Shown here: positions 19,331 to 29,252 of the stretch, piece by piece | Layout: each line of letters starts with the position of its first letter | How positions within the stretch are numbered: the stretch's first letter is position 1 | Translations under genes and position numbers: made by a program | Source of the DNA: a virus | Taxonomy: Duplodnaviria > Heunggongvirae > Uroviricota > Caudoviricetes | DNA: 48,393 bases | Virus record (IMG/VR): IMGVR_UViG_2671181055_000011 | Reading direction: 5' to 3' (one strand) | Notes under the pieces: model-generated | The model's database searches: none | What the model was told of the DNA's origin: nothing | The model's input: only the letters and a program-made list of their open reading frames with translations

Positions 19331-19354
19331 AGCTCGCTACGGCGAGCTTTTTAT
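19331..19354 (+). terminator. Intrinsic terminator closing the lipoprotein moron
   Basis: agctcgc-tacg-gcgagct hairpin followed by ttttta. Confidence 0.55.
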
Positions 19355-19456
19355 ATTGCATCGTCTCCAGCATATATATCAATTAAGGCTCTGATTGATG
19401 TGTCTGAAAGCCTACACATAATAACTATGCCATCCGTTCCGTGCGGAGGTGAGGCT

Positions 19457-19672
19457 ATGAAATCCATGGACAAAATTTCAACAGGCATTGCCTACGGCAC
19501 CTCCGCAGGCAGTGCTGGCTACTGGTTTTTACAGTTGCTCGATAGAGTAACTCCGTCACAGTGGGCTGCAATCGGTGTGCTGGGTAGTCTGGTATTTGGC
19601 CTGCTGACGTACCTGACAAACCTTTATTTCAAGATTAAAGAAGATAAGCGCAAGGCTGCGAGAGGTGAATAA
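19457..19672 (+). CDS. Class II holin/pinholin (S21-like, 71 aa) with dual-start motif MKSMDK
   Basis: Translation matches recalled phage 21 S pinholin; GGAGGTGAGG RBS; second ATG at 19466. Confidence 0.85.
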   Translation: MKSMDKISTGIAYGTSAGSAGYWFLQLLDRVTPSQWAAIGVLGSLVFGLLTYLTNLYFKIKEDKRKAARGE

Positions 19673-20169
19673 TGCCTCCATCATTACGAAAAGTCGTTGC
19701 TGCTGCTATTGGTGGCGGAGCAATTGCTATAGCATCAGTGTTAATCACTGGCCCAAGTGGTAACGATGGTCTGGAAGGTGTCAGCTACATACCATACAAA
19801 GATATTGTTGGTGTATGGACTGTATGTCACGGGCATACAGGAAAAGACATCANNNNNNNNNNNNNNNNNNNNNNNNNNNNNNNNNNNNNNNNNNNNNNNN
19901 NNNNNNNNNNNNNNNNNNNNNNNNNNNNNNNNNNNNNNNNNNNNNNNNNNNNNNNNNNNNNNNNNNNNNNNNNNNNNNNNNNNNNNNNNNNNNNNNNNNN
20001 NNNNNNNNNNNNNNNNNNNNNNNNNNNNNNNNNNNNNNNNNNNNNNNNNNNNNNNNNNNNNNNNNNNNNNNNNNNNNNNNNNNNNNNNNNNNNNNNNNNN
20101 NNGCAATGGAAAGGTCTCATGACTCGTCGTGAGATTGAGCGTGAAATCTGTTTGTGGGGTCAGCAATGA
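19672..20169 (+). CDS. SAR endolysin (R21-like lysozyme); middle masked by N-run 19853-20102
   Basis: N-terminal Gly/Ala-rich SAR segment [18 protein letters not shown]; start overlaps holin stop; stop overlaps Rz start (ATGA). Confidence 0.8.
   Translation: MPPSLRKVVAAAIGGGAIAIASVLITGPSGNDGLEGVSYIPYKDIVGVWTVCHGHTGKDIXXXXXXXXXXXXXXXXXXXXXXXXXXXXXXXXXXXXXXXXXXXXXXXXXXXXXXXXXXXXXXXXXXXXXXXXXXXXXXXXXXXXQWKGLMTRREIEREICLWGQQ
19853..20102. other. Run of 250 N inside endolysin gene
   Basis: Literal n characters. Confidence 1.
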
Positions 20170-20630
20170 ACAGAGTAACCGCGATTATCTCCGCTCTGGT
20201 TATCTGCATCATCGTCTGCCTGTCATGGGCTGTTAATCATTACCGTGATAACGCCATTACCTACAAAGCCCAGCGCGACAAAAATGCCAGAGAACTGAAG
20301 CTGGCGAACGCGGCAATTACTGACATGCAGATGCGTCAGCGTGATGTTGCTGCGCTCGATGCAAAATACACGAAGGAGTTAGCTGATGCGAAAGCTGAAA
20401 ATGATGCTCTGCGTGATGATGTTGCCGCTGGTCGTCGTCGGTTGCACATCAAAGCAGTCTGTCAGTCAGTGCGTGAAGCCACCACCGCCTCCGGCGTGGA
20501 TAATGCAGCCTCCCCCCGACTGGCAGACACCGCTGAACGGGATTATTTCACCCTCCGGGAACGACTGGTAATGATGCAGGCCCAACTTGAAGGTGCTCAG
20601 CAATACATAACCGAGCAGTGTTTAAAGTAA
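20166..20630 (+). CDS. Rz i-spanin
   Basis: N-terminal TM then coiled-coil-rich periplasmic domain; contains embedded Rz1 in +1 frame. Confidence 0.8.
   Translation: MNRVTAIISALVICIIVCLSWAVNHYRDNAITYKAQRDKNARELKLANAAITDMQMRQRDVAALDAKYTKELADAKAENDALRDDVAAGRRRLHIKAVCQSVREATTASGVDNAASPRLADTAERDYFTLRERLVMMQAQLEGAQQYITEQCLK
20386..20571 (+). CDS. Rz1 o-spanin lipoprotein, embedded within Rz
   Basis: Lipobox VVGC followed by Pro-rich mature peptide ([15 protein letters not shown]). Confidence 0.7.
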   Translation: MRKLKMMLCVMMLPLVVVGCTSKQSVSQCVKPPPPPAWIMQPPPDWQTPLNGIISPSGNDW

Positions 20631-20767
20631 AATCTTAACTACAATATGATTCATTTTGATGATTGTTTCATAAGGAACAGTGAAGTAAGATCTAAGAGGA
20701 GTTAAATTTTATACAGTATAATCATAATATTGCAGCAAGGTGGTTATAATTGAAAGAATATTTAGAT

Positions 20768-22225
20768 ATGAATACATCTCATGTAAGAGTTGTTACTCAT
20801 ATGTGTGGGTTCCTGGTTTGGCTCTATAGTCTTTCAATGTTGCCACCAATGGTTGTAGCATTGTTTTATAAAGAAAAAAGCCTGTTCGTTTTCTTTATAA
20901 CTTTCGTTATATTTTTTTGCATTGGTGGCGGAGCGTGGTATACAACTAAGAAATCTGGCATTCAATTACGTACCCGTGATGGGTTTATTATAATTGTAAT
21001 GTTTTGGATTTTGTTTTCTGTTATTAGTGCATTCCCTTTATGGATTGACTCAGAACTTAATTTAACGTTCATTGATGCTCTGTTTGAAGGGGTTTCTGGA
21101 ATAACAACAACAGGAGCAACTGTAATTGATGATGTTAGTTCATTACCTCGGGCATATTTGTACTATCGGTCACAGTTAAATTTTATAGGTGGTTTAGGAG
21201 TTATTGTTCTGGCGGTTGCAGTATTGCCATTATTGGGTATTGGTGGTGCAAAGCTTTATCAGTCAGAAATGCCGGGGCCATTTAAGGATGACAAACTCAC
21301 TCCCCGCCTGGCCGATACGTCACGGACACTGTGGATAACTTATTCTTTATTAGGTATTGCTTGTATTGTCTGTTATAGACTTGCAGGAATGCCTTTGTTT
21401 GATGCTATTTGTCACGGGATTTCCACAGTTTCGCTTGGTGGTTTCTCAACTCATAGCGAGAGTATCGGATATTTTAATAACTATTTGGTTGAGCTGGTGG
21501 CTGGTTCTTTTTCCCTGCTATCGGCTTTCAACTTCACTCTTTGGTATATTGTTATTAGCAGAAAAACGATAAAACCTTTAATCAGAGATATTGAACTTCG
21601 TTTCTTTCTGTTAATAGCCTTAGGGGTGATCATTGTTACCTCTTTCCAGGTCTGGCATATAGGTATGTATGACTTGCATGGAAGTTTTATTCATTCGTTT
21701 TTTCTTGCCAGCTCCATGCTCACTGATAATGGTTTAGCTACGCAGGATTATGCAAACTGGCCCACGCACACGATAGTGTTTTTGCTGTTGTCAAGTTTCT
21801 TTGGGGGATGTATAGGTTCAACCTGTGGTGGAATTAAGTCACTTCGATTTCTTATACTTTTCAAACAAAGCAAACACGAGATAAATCAGCTTTCTCATCC
21901 CAGAGCGTTGTTGAGTGTAAATGTAGGAGGGAAGATAGTTACAGATCGTGTAATGAGGTCTGTATGGAGTTTCTTTTTTCTTTATACTCTCTTCACGGTG
22001 TTTTTTATACTGGTGTTAAATGGTATGGGATATGATTTTCTTACATCATTTGCAACAGTGGCTGCATGTATTAATAATATGGGATTAGGTTTTGGGGCTA
22101 CTGCATCGTCATTCGGAGTGCTTAATGACATTGCAAAATATTTAATGTGCATAGCTATGATTCTTGGTCGCCTTGAAATTTATCCTGTTATTATATTGTT
22201 TTCAGGTTTTTTTTGGCGCTCCTAA
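20768..22225 (+). CDS. trkG: TrkG potassium uptake protein (TrkH paralog, Rac cargo gene); start at MNTSHVRVV
   Basis: Polytopic membrane protein; translation matches recalled 485-aa TrkG; AT-rich codon usage. Confidence 0.9.
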   Translation: MNTSHVRVVTHMCGFLVWLYSLSMLPPMVVALFYKEKSLFVFFITFVIFFCIGGGAWYTTKKSGIQLRTRDGFIIIVMFWILFSVISAFPLWIDSELNLTFIDALFEGVSGITTTGATVIDDVSSLPRAYLYYRSQLNFIGGLGVIVLAVAVLPLLGIGGAKLYQSEMPGPFKDDKLTPRLADTSRTLWITYSLLGIACIVCYRLAGMPLFDAICHGISTVSLGGFSTHSESIGYFNNYLVELVAGSFSLLSAFNFTLWYIVISRKTIKPLIRDIELRFFLLIALGVIIVTSFQVWHIGMYDLHGSFIHSFFLASSMLTDNGLATQDYANWPTHTIVFLLLSSFFGGCIGSTCGGIKSLRFLILFKQSKHEINQLSHPRALLSVNVGGKIVTDRVMRSVWSFFFLYTLFTVFFILVLNGMGYDFLTSFATVAACINNMGLGFGATASSFGVLNDIAKYLMCIAMILGRLEIYPVIILFSGFFWRS

Positions 22226-22362
22226 TATATGGCTGATTTATAATTGTGAGTTTAATATTATGTTGACTCACTCATTGATCCAATACCTAACTTTACCAGC
22301 AACACCTCCGCCCCCAGTAGCACTGGCTGCTGGGGTGCGTTTTATTCATAAAGCAAGGCTGT

Positions 22363-23151
22363 ATGAGCGAGAAATTAAAGATAGTCTATCGCCCATTACA
22401 AGAATTGTCACCGTATGCGCACAACGCCAGGACGCACAGTACTGAGCAGGTGGCACAACTGGTAGAAAGTATTAAGCAATTCGGCTGGACTAATCCGGTG
22501 CTGATTGACGAAAAGGGCGAAATTATTGCGGGTCACGGTCGTGTTATGGCGGCTGAAATGCTCAAAATGGATTCTGTTCCGGTCATTGTTCTGTCTGGCC
22601 TGACGGATGAGCAGAAAAAGGCGTACCGCCTGGCAGATAATCGCCTGCCGATGAATGCTGGCTGGGATGAAGATCTGTTGCGGATGGAGCTGTCGGACCT
22701 AATCAATGCTGATTTTGATGTCTCCCTGACAGGCTTCATCCCGGCAGAAATTGATGAACTGTTGACGGATGTTTTGCCCGGTACAGGAAATGAGGAGGAG
22801 CCGTATACGACGAAAATTGATACGCCTGTTTATGAGCCGTCAGGCGGTAAACCGGATATCAGTGAACTGTACGACGATACGAAAACTCAGGAGCTGATCA
22901 GCCGGATACGTTCGGCGTCCCTTGATCCTGATATTGAGAAATTCCTCCTGTGTGCAGCAGAACGTCACACGGTGTTTAATTTCAGCAGAATTGCGGACTA
23001 TTACGCTCATGCCCCCGCTGAAATTCAGTGCCTTTTCGAGGAGTCGGCGCTGGTGATCATTGATTATCAGCAGGCTATTGAAAATGGATTTGTCCGAATG
23101 ACGCAGCGCATGGTGGAGATCATGCATGGCGGGGAGGAGGAATATGCGTGA
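22363..23151 (+). CDS. ParB-like nuclease domain protein (ParB/Srx N-terminal domain)
   Basis: Motif NPVLIDEKGEIIAGHGR typical of ParB N-terminal domain; position corresponds to K-12 ynaK remnant. Confidence 0.7.
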   Translation: MSEKLKIVYRPLQELSPYAHNARTHSTEQVAQLVESIKQFGWTNPVLIDEKGEIIAGHGRVMAAEMLKMDSVPVIVLSGLTDEQKKAYRLADNRLPMNAGWDEDLLRMELSDLINADFDVSLTGFIPAEIDELLTDVLPGTGNEEEPYTTKIDTPVYEPSGGKPDISELYDDTKTQELISRIRSASLDPDIEKFLLCAAERHTVFNFSRIADYYAHAPAEIQCLFEESALVIIDYQQAIENGFVRMTQRMVEIMHGGEEEYA

Positions 23152-24076
23152 TGATTTTTGCGCCTTTATTCTGACTCACGGGCGACCGGACAAAGTTCTG
23201 ACTTACCGGACGTTGCGTCGTGCTGGCTATACCGGGAAAATTTTTATCGTTGTTGATGATGAAGATAAGACACGGCATCAGTACATGGCTGAATTTGGTG
23301 AACAGGTGCTGGTATTTTCCAAAGCCGATATTGCTAGTCGTTTTGACGAAGCCGATAATTTTAGTGACCGCCGCTCAATTTTTTACGCCCGTAATGCCTG
23401 TTTCGACCAGGCAAAACTGGTCGGGTGTAAATACTTCATTCAGCTCGATGATGATTATCACGAGTTCCAGTTTCGGGTGGATCGCAACTATGACCAGGCC
23501 TATTTCCCGATAAGGAAACTGGATGAGATCCTTTCTGAAATGCTTGCGTACTACGAATCAATACCTGCTCTTTCCATCGCTATGTCGCAGGGCGGGGATT
23601 TTCTTGGTGACAATGGCGGCCATGCTTCGTGGGTGAAACGCAAGGCAATGAACAGCTTTATCTGTTCGGTTGATCGACCGTTCTCATTCATGGGGCGCAT
23701 TAACGAGGATGTGAATACGTACACGAATCTCGGTCGCTGTGGTGAATTGTTTATGACGATCGGTGCTGTCCAGTTAGGGCAGAAACAGACGCAGAAAAAC
23801 AGCGGCGGAATGACCGAGCTGTATCTGGATTCCGGAACCTACGTTAAAAGTTTTTACTCCGTCATGTATGCGCCGTCGTGCGTAAAAATCTCACTTATGG
23901 GTGCCAGTCATAAACGCATTCACCATCAGGTCACCTGGAACAACGCTGCAGTAAAAATCCTTCACGAAAAATACAGGAAGAAGACACCCTGCATATCAAT
24001 GGGGGTGACAAATGATTCCGTATTCGAAAGTCGAGTCTCTGGCAGCGTGCCGGATGACTGCACAACAAATCGCTGA
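23144..24076 (+). CDS. Putative GT-A-fold glycosyltransferase-like protein (310 aa from ATG 23144; ORF extends to 23126)
   Basis: GGGGAGGAGG RBS; ATG overlaps upstream stop (ATGCGTGA); motifs THGRPDK, IFIVVDDEDKT and QLDDDY in GT2-like spacing. Confidence 0.45.
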   Translation: MRDDFCAFILTHGRPDKVLTYRTLRRAGYTGKIFIVVDDEDKTRHQYMAEFGEQVLVFSKADIASRFDEADNFSDRRSIFYARNACFDQAKLVGCKYFIQLDDDYHEFQFRVDRNYDQAYFPIRKLDEILSEMLAYYESIPALSIAMSQGGDFLGDNGGHASWVKRKAMNSFICSVDRPFSFMGRINEDVNTYTNLGRCGELFMTIGAVQLGQKQTQKNSGGMTELYLDSGTYVKSFYSVMYAPSCVKISLMGASHKRIHHQVTWNNAAVKILHEKYRKKTPCISMGVTNDSVFESRVSGSVPDDCTTNR

Positions 24077-24263
24077 CGTTCTGGATGTTGATCTGAACCG
24101 ACTGAAAGAAAATCGGGAAGCAATGACAGATTTTTATGCGGCCATCCGTAAGGGCAGAGCGAAAGGTGAAGCCGAGTTACGAGCGGCATTGTTTAAGCTT
24201 GCCAGAAAAGGGGATGCCTTTGCTCTGCGCGAACTACTCAGGGTGGATAAAAATCAGGACTAA
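24012..24263 (+). CDS. Possible small HTH protein preceding terminase small subunit
   Basis: HTH-like MTAQQIADVLDVDLNRL; overlaps the upstream ORF by 65 nt so one of the two annotations may be wrong at this end. Confidence 0.3.
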   Translation: MIPYSKVESLAACRMTAQQIADVLDVDLNRLKENREAMTDFYAAIRKGRAKGEAELRAALFKLARKGDAFALRELLRVDKNQD

Positions 24264-24266
24264 CTG

Positions 24267-25361
24267 ATGAGCAGACCGGACTGGGGGGCGTTGCAGCAGG
24301 AGTATATTGCTGAATACACCCGCTCCGGTATATCTCCGGTGGCATGGTGTGAAGCAAGGGGACTGAATTACGCAACAGCCCGTCGTTACATCAAAAAAAC
24401 TCCGAAAAATGCGCAGACAGAAATGTGCAAAACTGCGCAAAAAAGTGCGCAGAAAAAATCTGCGCAGACTGCACAAAAGCGGAACGAAAAATCTCAGGAA
24501 AAAAAGCCAGTATTCGATGCGGGCCTGAATGAGGGCGACGCGGAGGAATTTTCGTTCTGTCCCGATGAATTCGGCATTTCTGACCAGCAGGCTAAGTTTG
24601 CGATGCTTGTTGCTCAGGGTAAAAAGCCGACAGAGGCGTACCGACTAGCCGGTTATGAGGGGCAAGGTGCGACAGCTAACAGCAACGCCAGTCGTATGCT
24701 TAGAAATGCCAGGGTTTTTCGCGCTATCAGCTACTTCCGCAATCAGTACCAGAAACGCTATACCGCAGACCTGGATTTACTAGTGAGTCAGTTGATGGCT
24801 ATTGTCCTGGCCGACCCCAATCAGCTTGCACAATTTCGCCGTGTTAACTGCCGTTATTGCTGGGGCGAGAATCATCTCTACCAGTGGCGCGATATAGCAG
24901 AATTCGACAAGGCAGCGGCGCAGGCTTCCAGAGATGGCAAACCCGAACCGGAATATGGAGGCCTCGGCTTTGTTGATAACGCCATACCCAATCCGGACTG
25001 CCCGAAGTGCTGCGGTGAGGGAACGGGACAGCTTTATATGGCTGATACCACTCTGCTTGATGGGGATGCGCGGCAATTATATGCAGGGGCAAAATTCGGA
25101 AAATTCGGCGTTGAGATCCTGCTGGAGGATAAGGCTGCCGCCCGGCGTGAATTGTTGCGTTTGTTTTCTGCTGGCGGGGCTTTATGTGCAGATAAGCGGC
25201 TACGGGAACTGGAAATTGAACGGCGCAGAATGGAAAACCAGAAGCTGCGCAAAGAGATCGAAACGGTGGAAGATAATGAACATCCCCAGCCTGTGGCGAT
25301 CAATATTAATGTGGTTGATGCCAGAGTAAGGAGTGATGAAGATGATCTCTCCGACGCTTAA
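24267..25361 (+). CDS. Terminase small subunit (putative)
   Basis: Immediately upstream of and overlapping terminase large subunit; N-terminal HTH-like region; Cys pairs. Confidence 0.6.
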   Translation: MSRPDWGALQQEYIAEYTRSGISPVAWCEARGLNYATARRYIKKTPKNAQTEMCKTAQKSAQKKSAQTAQKRNEKSQEKKPVFDAGLNEGDAEEFSFCPDEFGISDQQAKFAMLVAQGKKPTEAYRLAGYEGQGATANSNASRMLRNARVFRAISYFRNQYQKRYTADLDLLVSQLMAIVLADPNQLAQFRRVNCRYCWGENHLYQWRDIAEFDKAAAQASRDGKPEPEYGGLGFVDNAIPNPDCPKCCGEGTGQLYMADTTLLDGDARQLYAGAKFGKFGVEILLEDKAAARRELLRLFSAGGALCADKRLRELEIERRRMENQKLRKEIETVEDNEHPQPVAININVVDARVRSDEDDLSDA

Positions 25362-26643
25362 TGTGCCTCAGGCGCGATTTCTTTCAATGCCCCATAAATT
25401 TAAAGCCTATATTGCTGGTTTTGGCTCGGGCAAAACATGGGTTGGGTGTGGCGGCATATGCAAGGGGATTTGGGAGCATCCAGGTATAAATCAGGGATAT
25501 TTTGCGCCAACGTATCCCCAAATTCGCGATATTTTTTACCCTACAGTGGAAGAAGTTGCTGCTGACTGGGGATTGAACGTAAAAATTAATGAGGGAAATA
25601 AAGAGGTTCACTTTTATTACGGACGCCAGTATCGGGGAACCACTATCTGCAGATCGATGGAGAAGCCACAAACGATCGTCGGTTTCAAAATTGGTAATGC
25701 GTTGGTGGATGAACTGGACATTTTGCCGAAGGAAAAAGCCAGAACGGCGTGGCGCAAGATAATTGCACGTATGCGTTATAAGATTGATGGACTTCGCAAC
25801 GGTATTGACGTTACAACCACGCCGGAAGGATTCAAATTTGTCTACGAGCAGTTTGTTAAAGCCGTGCGTGAAAAAACAGAGCTGGCCTCACTGTATGGTC
25901 TGGTGCAGGCATCTACTTTCGATAATGAAAAGAACCTGCCAGCAGATTACATTCCTTCGCTTCTTGAATCATACCCTCCAGAGCTGATTAAAGCCTATCT
26001 TCGAGGACAGTTTACTAACCTGACAAGTGGTACTGTTTACCATCAGTTTGACCGGAAACTGAATAATTGCGAAGAAGTGGAGCAGCCAGGGGAGCCGATT
26101 TATATTGGGATGGATTTTAACGTTGGAAAGATGGCGGGAATCGTCCATGTGCTGCGTTTGGGGCTTCCATGTGCGGTAACTGAAATCATCAATGCCTACG
26201 ATACGCCGGATATGATCCGCATCATTAAAGAACGCTTCTGGCTGTATGATGGGAATGATTACCGGAAAGTGAGGGAAATTTATATTTATCCAGATGCTTC
26301 CGGGGATTCCAGAAAATCAAGTAACGCAAGTACGACGGATATAGCCCAGCTTAAGCAGGCTGGTTTTAACGTTGTGGTGAACAGCTCGAACCCGCCAGTA
26401 AAAGATCGCGTTAACTCAATGAATGCAATGTTCTGCAATGCCAATGGTGAGCGTCGCTATAAAGTTAATGTGAAGCGTTGCCCGTTATATGCCGAATCTC
26501 TGGAGCAACAGGTCTGGGATGAGAAGGGGGAGCCTGATAAAAAATCTGGCAATGATCACCCGAATGATGCCGGAGGTTATTTCATCGTTAAGCAATTCCC
26601 TATTGTCAAACCGACCGGAAGAGTCACATCACTTCGGATTTAA
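25336..26643 (+). CDS. Terminase large subunit (ATPase/nuclease)
   Basis: Walker A-like YIAGFGSGKT; TAAGGAG RBS; followed by portal. Confidence 0.85.
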   Translation: MKMISPTLNVPQARFLSMPHKFKAYIAGFGSGKTWVGCGGICKGIWEHPGINQGYFAPTYPQIRDIFYPTVEEVAADWGLNVKINEGNKEVHFYYGRQYRGTTICRSMEKPQTIVGFKIGNALVDELDILPKEKARTAWRKIIARMRYKIDGLRNGIDVTTTPEGFKFVYEQFVKAVREKTELASLYGLVQASTFDNEKNLPADYIPSLLESYPPELIKAYLRGQFTNLTSGTVYHQFDRKLNNCEEVEQPGEPIYIGMDFNVGKMAGIVHVLRLGLPCAVTEIINAYDTPDMIRIIKERFWLYDGNDYRKVREIYIYPDASGDSRKSSNASTTDIAQLKQAGFNVVVNSSNPPVKDRVNSMNAMFCNANGERRYKVNVKRCPLYAESLEQQVWDEKGEPDKKSGNDHPNDAGGYFIVKQFPIVKPTGRVTSLRI

Positions 26644-26645
26644 TT

Positions 26646-28052
26646 ATGGCTGATATATCAACACCCAACCTCGACTATAACGATATGCTGGAGGCGTGGG
26701 ATATTAACGACGCACTGATGGGCGGTACGCTTGAAATGCGCAGGCAGGGGGAAAATTATCTCCCAAAATGGCCTAACGAAGATGAAGACGCTTATAAAAA
26801 ACGCCTGTCTGTGGCTACGCTACTTCCTGTGTATGAAGAAAGCATCAAGCAAAATATTGGGCGCATATTTGCAGAGCCGACAGTATTGAGTGAGGAAACG
26901 CCGGCAAAAATCAGGGAATATGCAGAAAATATCGACATGGAGGGGAGCCGACTGGATGTGTGGGCGCAGCAATTTTTCAGCCTCGCATTTCAGTATGGTG
27001 TGGCACATGCGCTGGTGGACTATCCACGAACGGATATGAAAGAGATTCGGACAAAAGCCGATGAAAACGCGACCGGTGGTCGTCCGTACGTTACGATGCT
27101 GAATCCACGCCAGGTTATTGGATGGAAATCGAAAGTTGAAAAAGGGAAAGTTGTTCTCACTGATTTGCGTATAAAAGAGGTCATCATTATTGATGGTGAT
27201 GATTTCGGGCAGAAGAAGGTGGAGCAGATCCGCCATATTATGCCCCGTCGAGTTGAAATTTATCGACGTAGCGAAGGCACTAATGGCGAATCTGTCTGGA
27301 CGCTTCATGAGTCATGGAATACCAGCCGTGATGATATTCCTCTGGTAACACTGTACACGAAGAAAACAGGATTTATGCGTGGTACACCGCCATTGCTTAA
27401 TCTTGGCTTGCTGAATATCAAGCACTGGCAAAGCCAGAGCGAGCAGGACAATATTCTTCATGTTGCCCGCGTTCCATTGCTGGTGGCCTACGGGCTGGAC
27501 AGGAATGAAGAACTGACGGTTGGTGCATCCACCGCTACGATTTTTGAGGACAGAACAAAAAATGGCCTCGAATATGTTGAACATAGTGGCGCAGCGATAG
27601 AATCTGGCGAAACATCACTTGAGAAGCTGGAAAATCAGATGCGTCATGCCGGCGCTAAACTTCTGCGTGCTGAAAATACATCCACCAAATCTGTTGATCA
27701 GACTAATGAAGAGCGAATGCAGGAAAACTCGCCGCTTTATACAATGGCGAACTCCCTCGAAGATGCCCTCGATAATATTCTCCAGATAATGGCGGAATGG
27801 ATCGGAGAGAGTTGCGGTGGCAATGTGGATGTGCGCACTGAACTGGATGTATCTGCCCAGGTGTTTGACTCATCCTCCGCGCTGGCTGTTCAGTCATTGC
27901 GTCAGGGCGGTGATATACGTCAGATTGATGCGGTTCGGGTGTTGCAGGCGTTGAAATTTATCGATCAGGATTCCCGTCCAGAGGAAGTGATCGATGAATT
28001 AAAAAATCAGAGTGTAATGCTGATGGAAATCAATGATGCAAACCGTGAATGA
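26646..28052 (+). CDS. Portal protein
   Basis: 468-aa ORF directly after terminase large subunit. Confidence 0.75.
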   Translation: MADISTPNLDYNDMLEAWDINDALMGGTLEMRRQGENYLPKWPNEDEDAYKKRLSVATLLPVYEESIKQNIGRIFAEPTVLSEETPAKIREYAENIDMEGSRLDVWAQQFFSLAFQYGVAHALVDYPRTDMKEIRTKADENATGGRPYVTMLNPRQVIGWKSKVEKGKVVLTDLRIKEVIIIDGDDFGQKKVEQIRHIMPRRVEIYRRSEGTNGESVWTLHESWNTSRDDIPLVTLYTKKTGFMRGTPPLLNLGLLNIKHWQSQSEQDNILHVARVPLLVAYGLDRNEELTVGASTATIFEDRTKNGLEYVEHSGAAIESGETSLEKLENQMRHAGAKLLRAENTSTKSVDQTNEERMQENSPLYTMANSLEDALDNILQIMAEWIGESCGGNVDVRTELDVSAQVFDSSSALAVQSLRQGGDIRQIDAVRVLQALKFIDQDSRPEEVIDELKNQSVMLMEINDANRE

Positions 28053-29148
28053 ACGGCTGCGTGATGAATCAATTGCTCATGCAGTCTGGATATCCCGCTA
28101 TAGCACTGGCGTGGCTGCCAGAATGGTGAAAATACTGAATGACAGCGATGCGGAACTTACTGCTCGCCTGCTGATAGCACTGGACAGCCTCGATCCAGGT
28201 AGTTTTACCGTTAAGCGCCTGGAGTCACTTCTGGCGAGCGTCAGAGAGGTTAACCGCACTGCTATTAACAGCATGTTTACCAGTCTCTCCGGAGAGCTGA
28301 ACGAGCTGGCAATTTATGAGGCTGGTTATCAGTTAAGTCTGTTTGATTCTATGCTACCTGATTTTGTTGCTGATGTTCACCCTCTGGTTGGTATCTCTCC
28401 TGATGCACTTTATGCCGCTGCAATGGCGCGACCATTCCAGGGACGACTGCTCAGTGAGTGGGCCTCAGATCTTGAGGCGGATCGGCTCAGACGCATAACA
28501 AATACAGTGCGTCAGGGTTTTTTGCTGGGGGATACCAATGAGCAGATCGCAAGAAAAATTCGGGGACATGTCAGTAAGGGATTTCAGGATGGTGCATTGC
28601 AGATGAGCCGGGCTAATGCGGCCAGCATTGCAAAAACAGCGGTTGGACATCTTGCTGCTACTGCCCGTGAGAGTTTTGCCAGCGCGAATAATGATTTGAT
28701 TAAGGGTAAGCAATGGTTATCAACGCTTGATAATCGTACTACGCCACAATGTCGAATCAGGGATCGCCTCAAATATACGCTGAATAATAAACCTGTAGGT
28801 CACAGCGTGCCTTATTTGCAGGGGCCGGGAAAAATTCATTTCTGCTGCCGCTCAACGGAAACGTTCATTCTGAAATCAGCGAAGGAACTGGGTATTGATG
28901 TTCGCGATATTTCCCCGGCTGAGCGGGCCAGCATGGATGGCGTGGTGGCCGGAGATACAACCTACAGGGAATGGTTTTTGCGTCAGCCTTACACCAGACA
29001 AAAACAGATTGTGGGGGAAAGCCGAGCAAAGCTGATTCGGGATGGTGGTATGTCGCCAGATGAATTTTACACCGATAAAGGCGAATGGCTGACGCTGAAG
29101 CAGCTCCGTGAGCGTGATGCACAGGTATTCAGAAAAGCAGGGATTTAA
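28033..29148 (+). CDS. Head morphogenesis (minor head) protein
   Basis: Position after portal, overlapping its 3' end. Confidence 0.55.
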   Translation: MMQTVNERLRDESIAHAVWISRYSTGVAARMVKILNDSDAELTARLLIALDSLDPGSFTVKRLESLLASVREVNRTAINSMFTSLSGELNELAIYEAGYQLSLFDSMLPDFVADVHPLVGISPDALYAAAMARPFQGRLLSEWASDLEADRLRRITNTVRQGFLLGDTNEQIARKIRGHVSKGFQDGALQMSRANAASIAKTAVGHLAATARESFASANNDLIKGKQWLSTLDNRTTPQCRIRDRLKYTLNNKPVGHSVPYLQGPGKIHFCCRSTETFILKSAKELGIDVRDISPAERASMDGVVAGDTTYREWFLRQPYTRQKQIVGESRAKLIRDGGMSPDEFYTDKGEWLTLKQLRERDAQVFRKAGI

Positions 29149-29252
29149 ATAAATCATTTATTACAACAGGCTACCTTCGGGTGGCCTTTTTTATTGCTGC
29201 GATCCGGATGGTGAGCAGCGTAACTGTCGGAAGACTTAAACCAGGTACTAAT

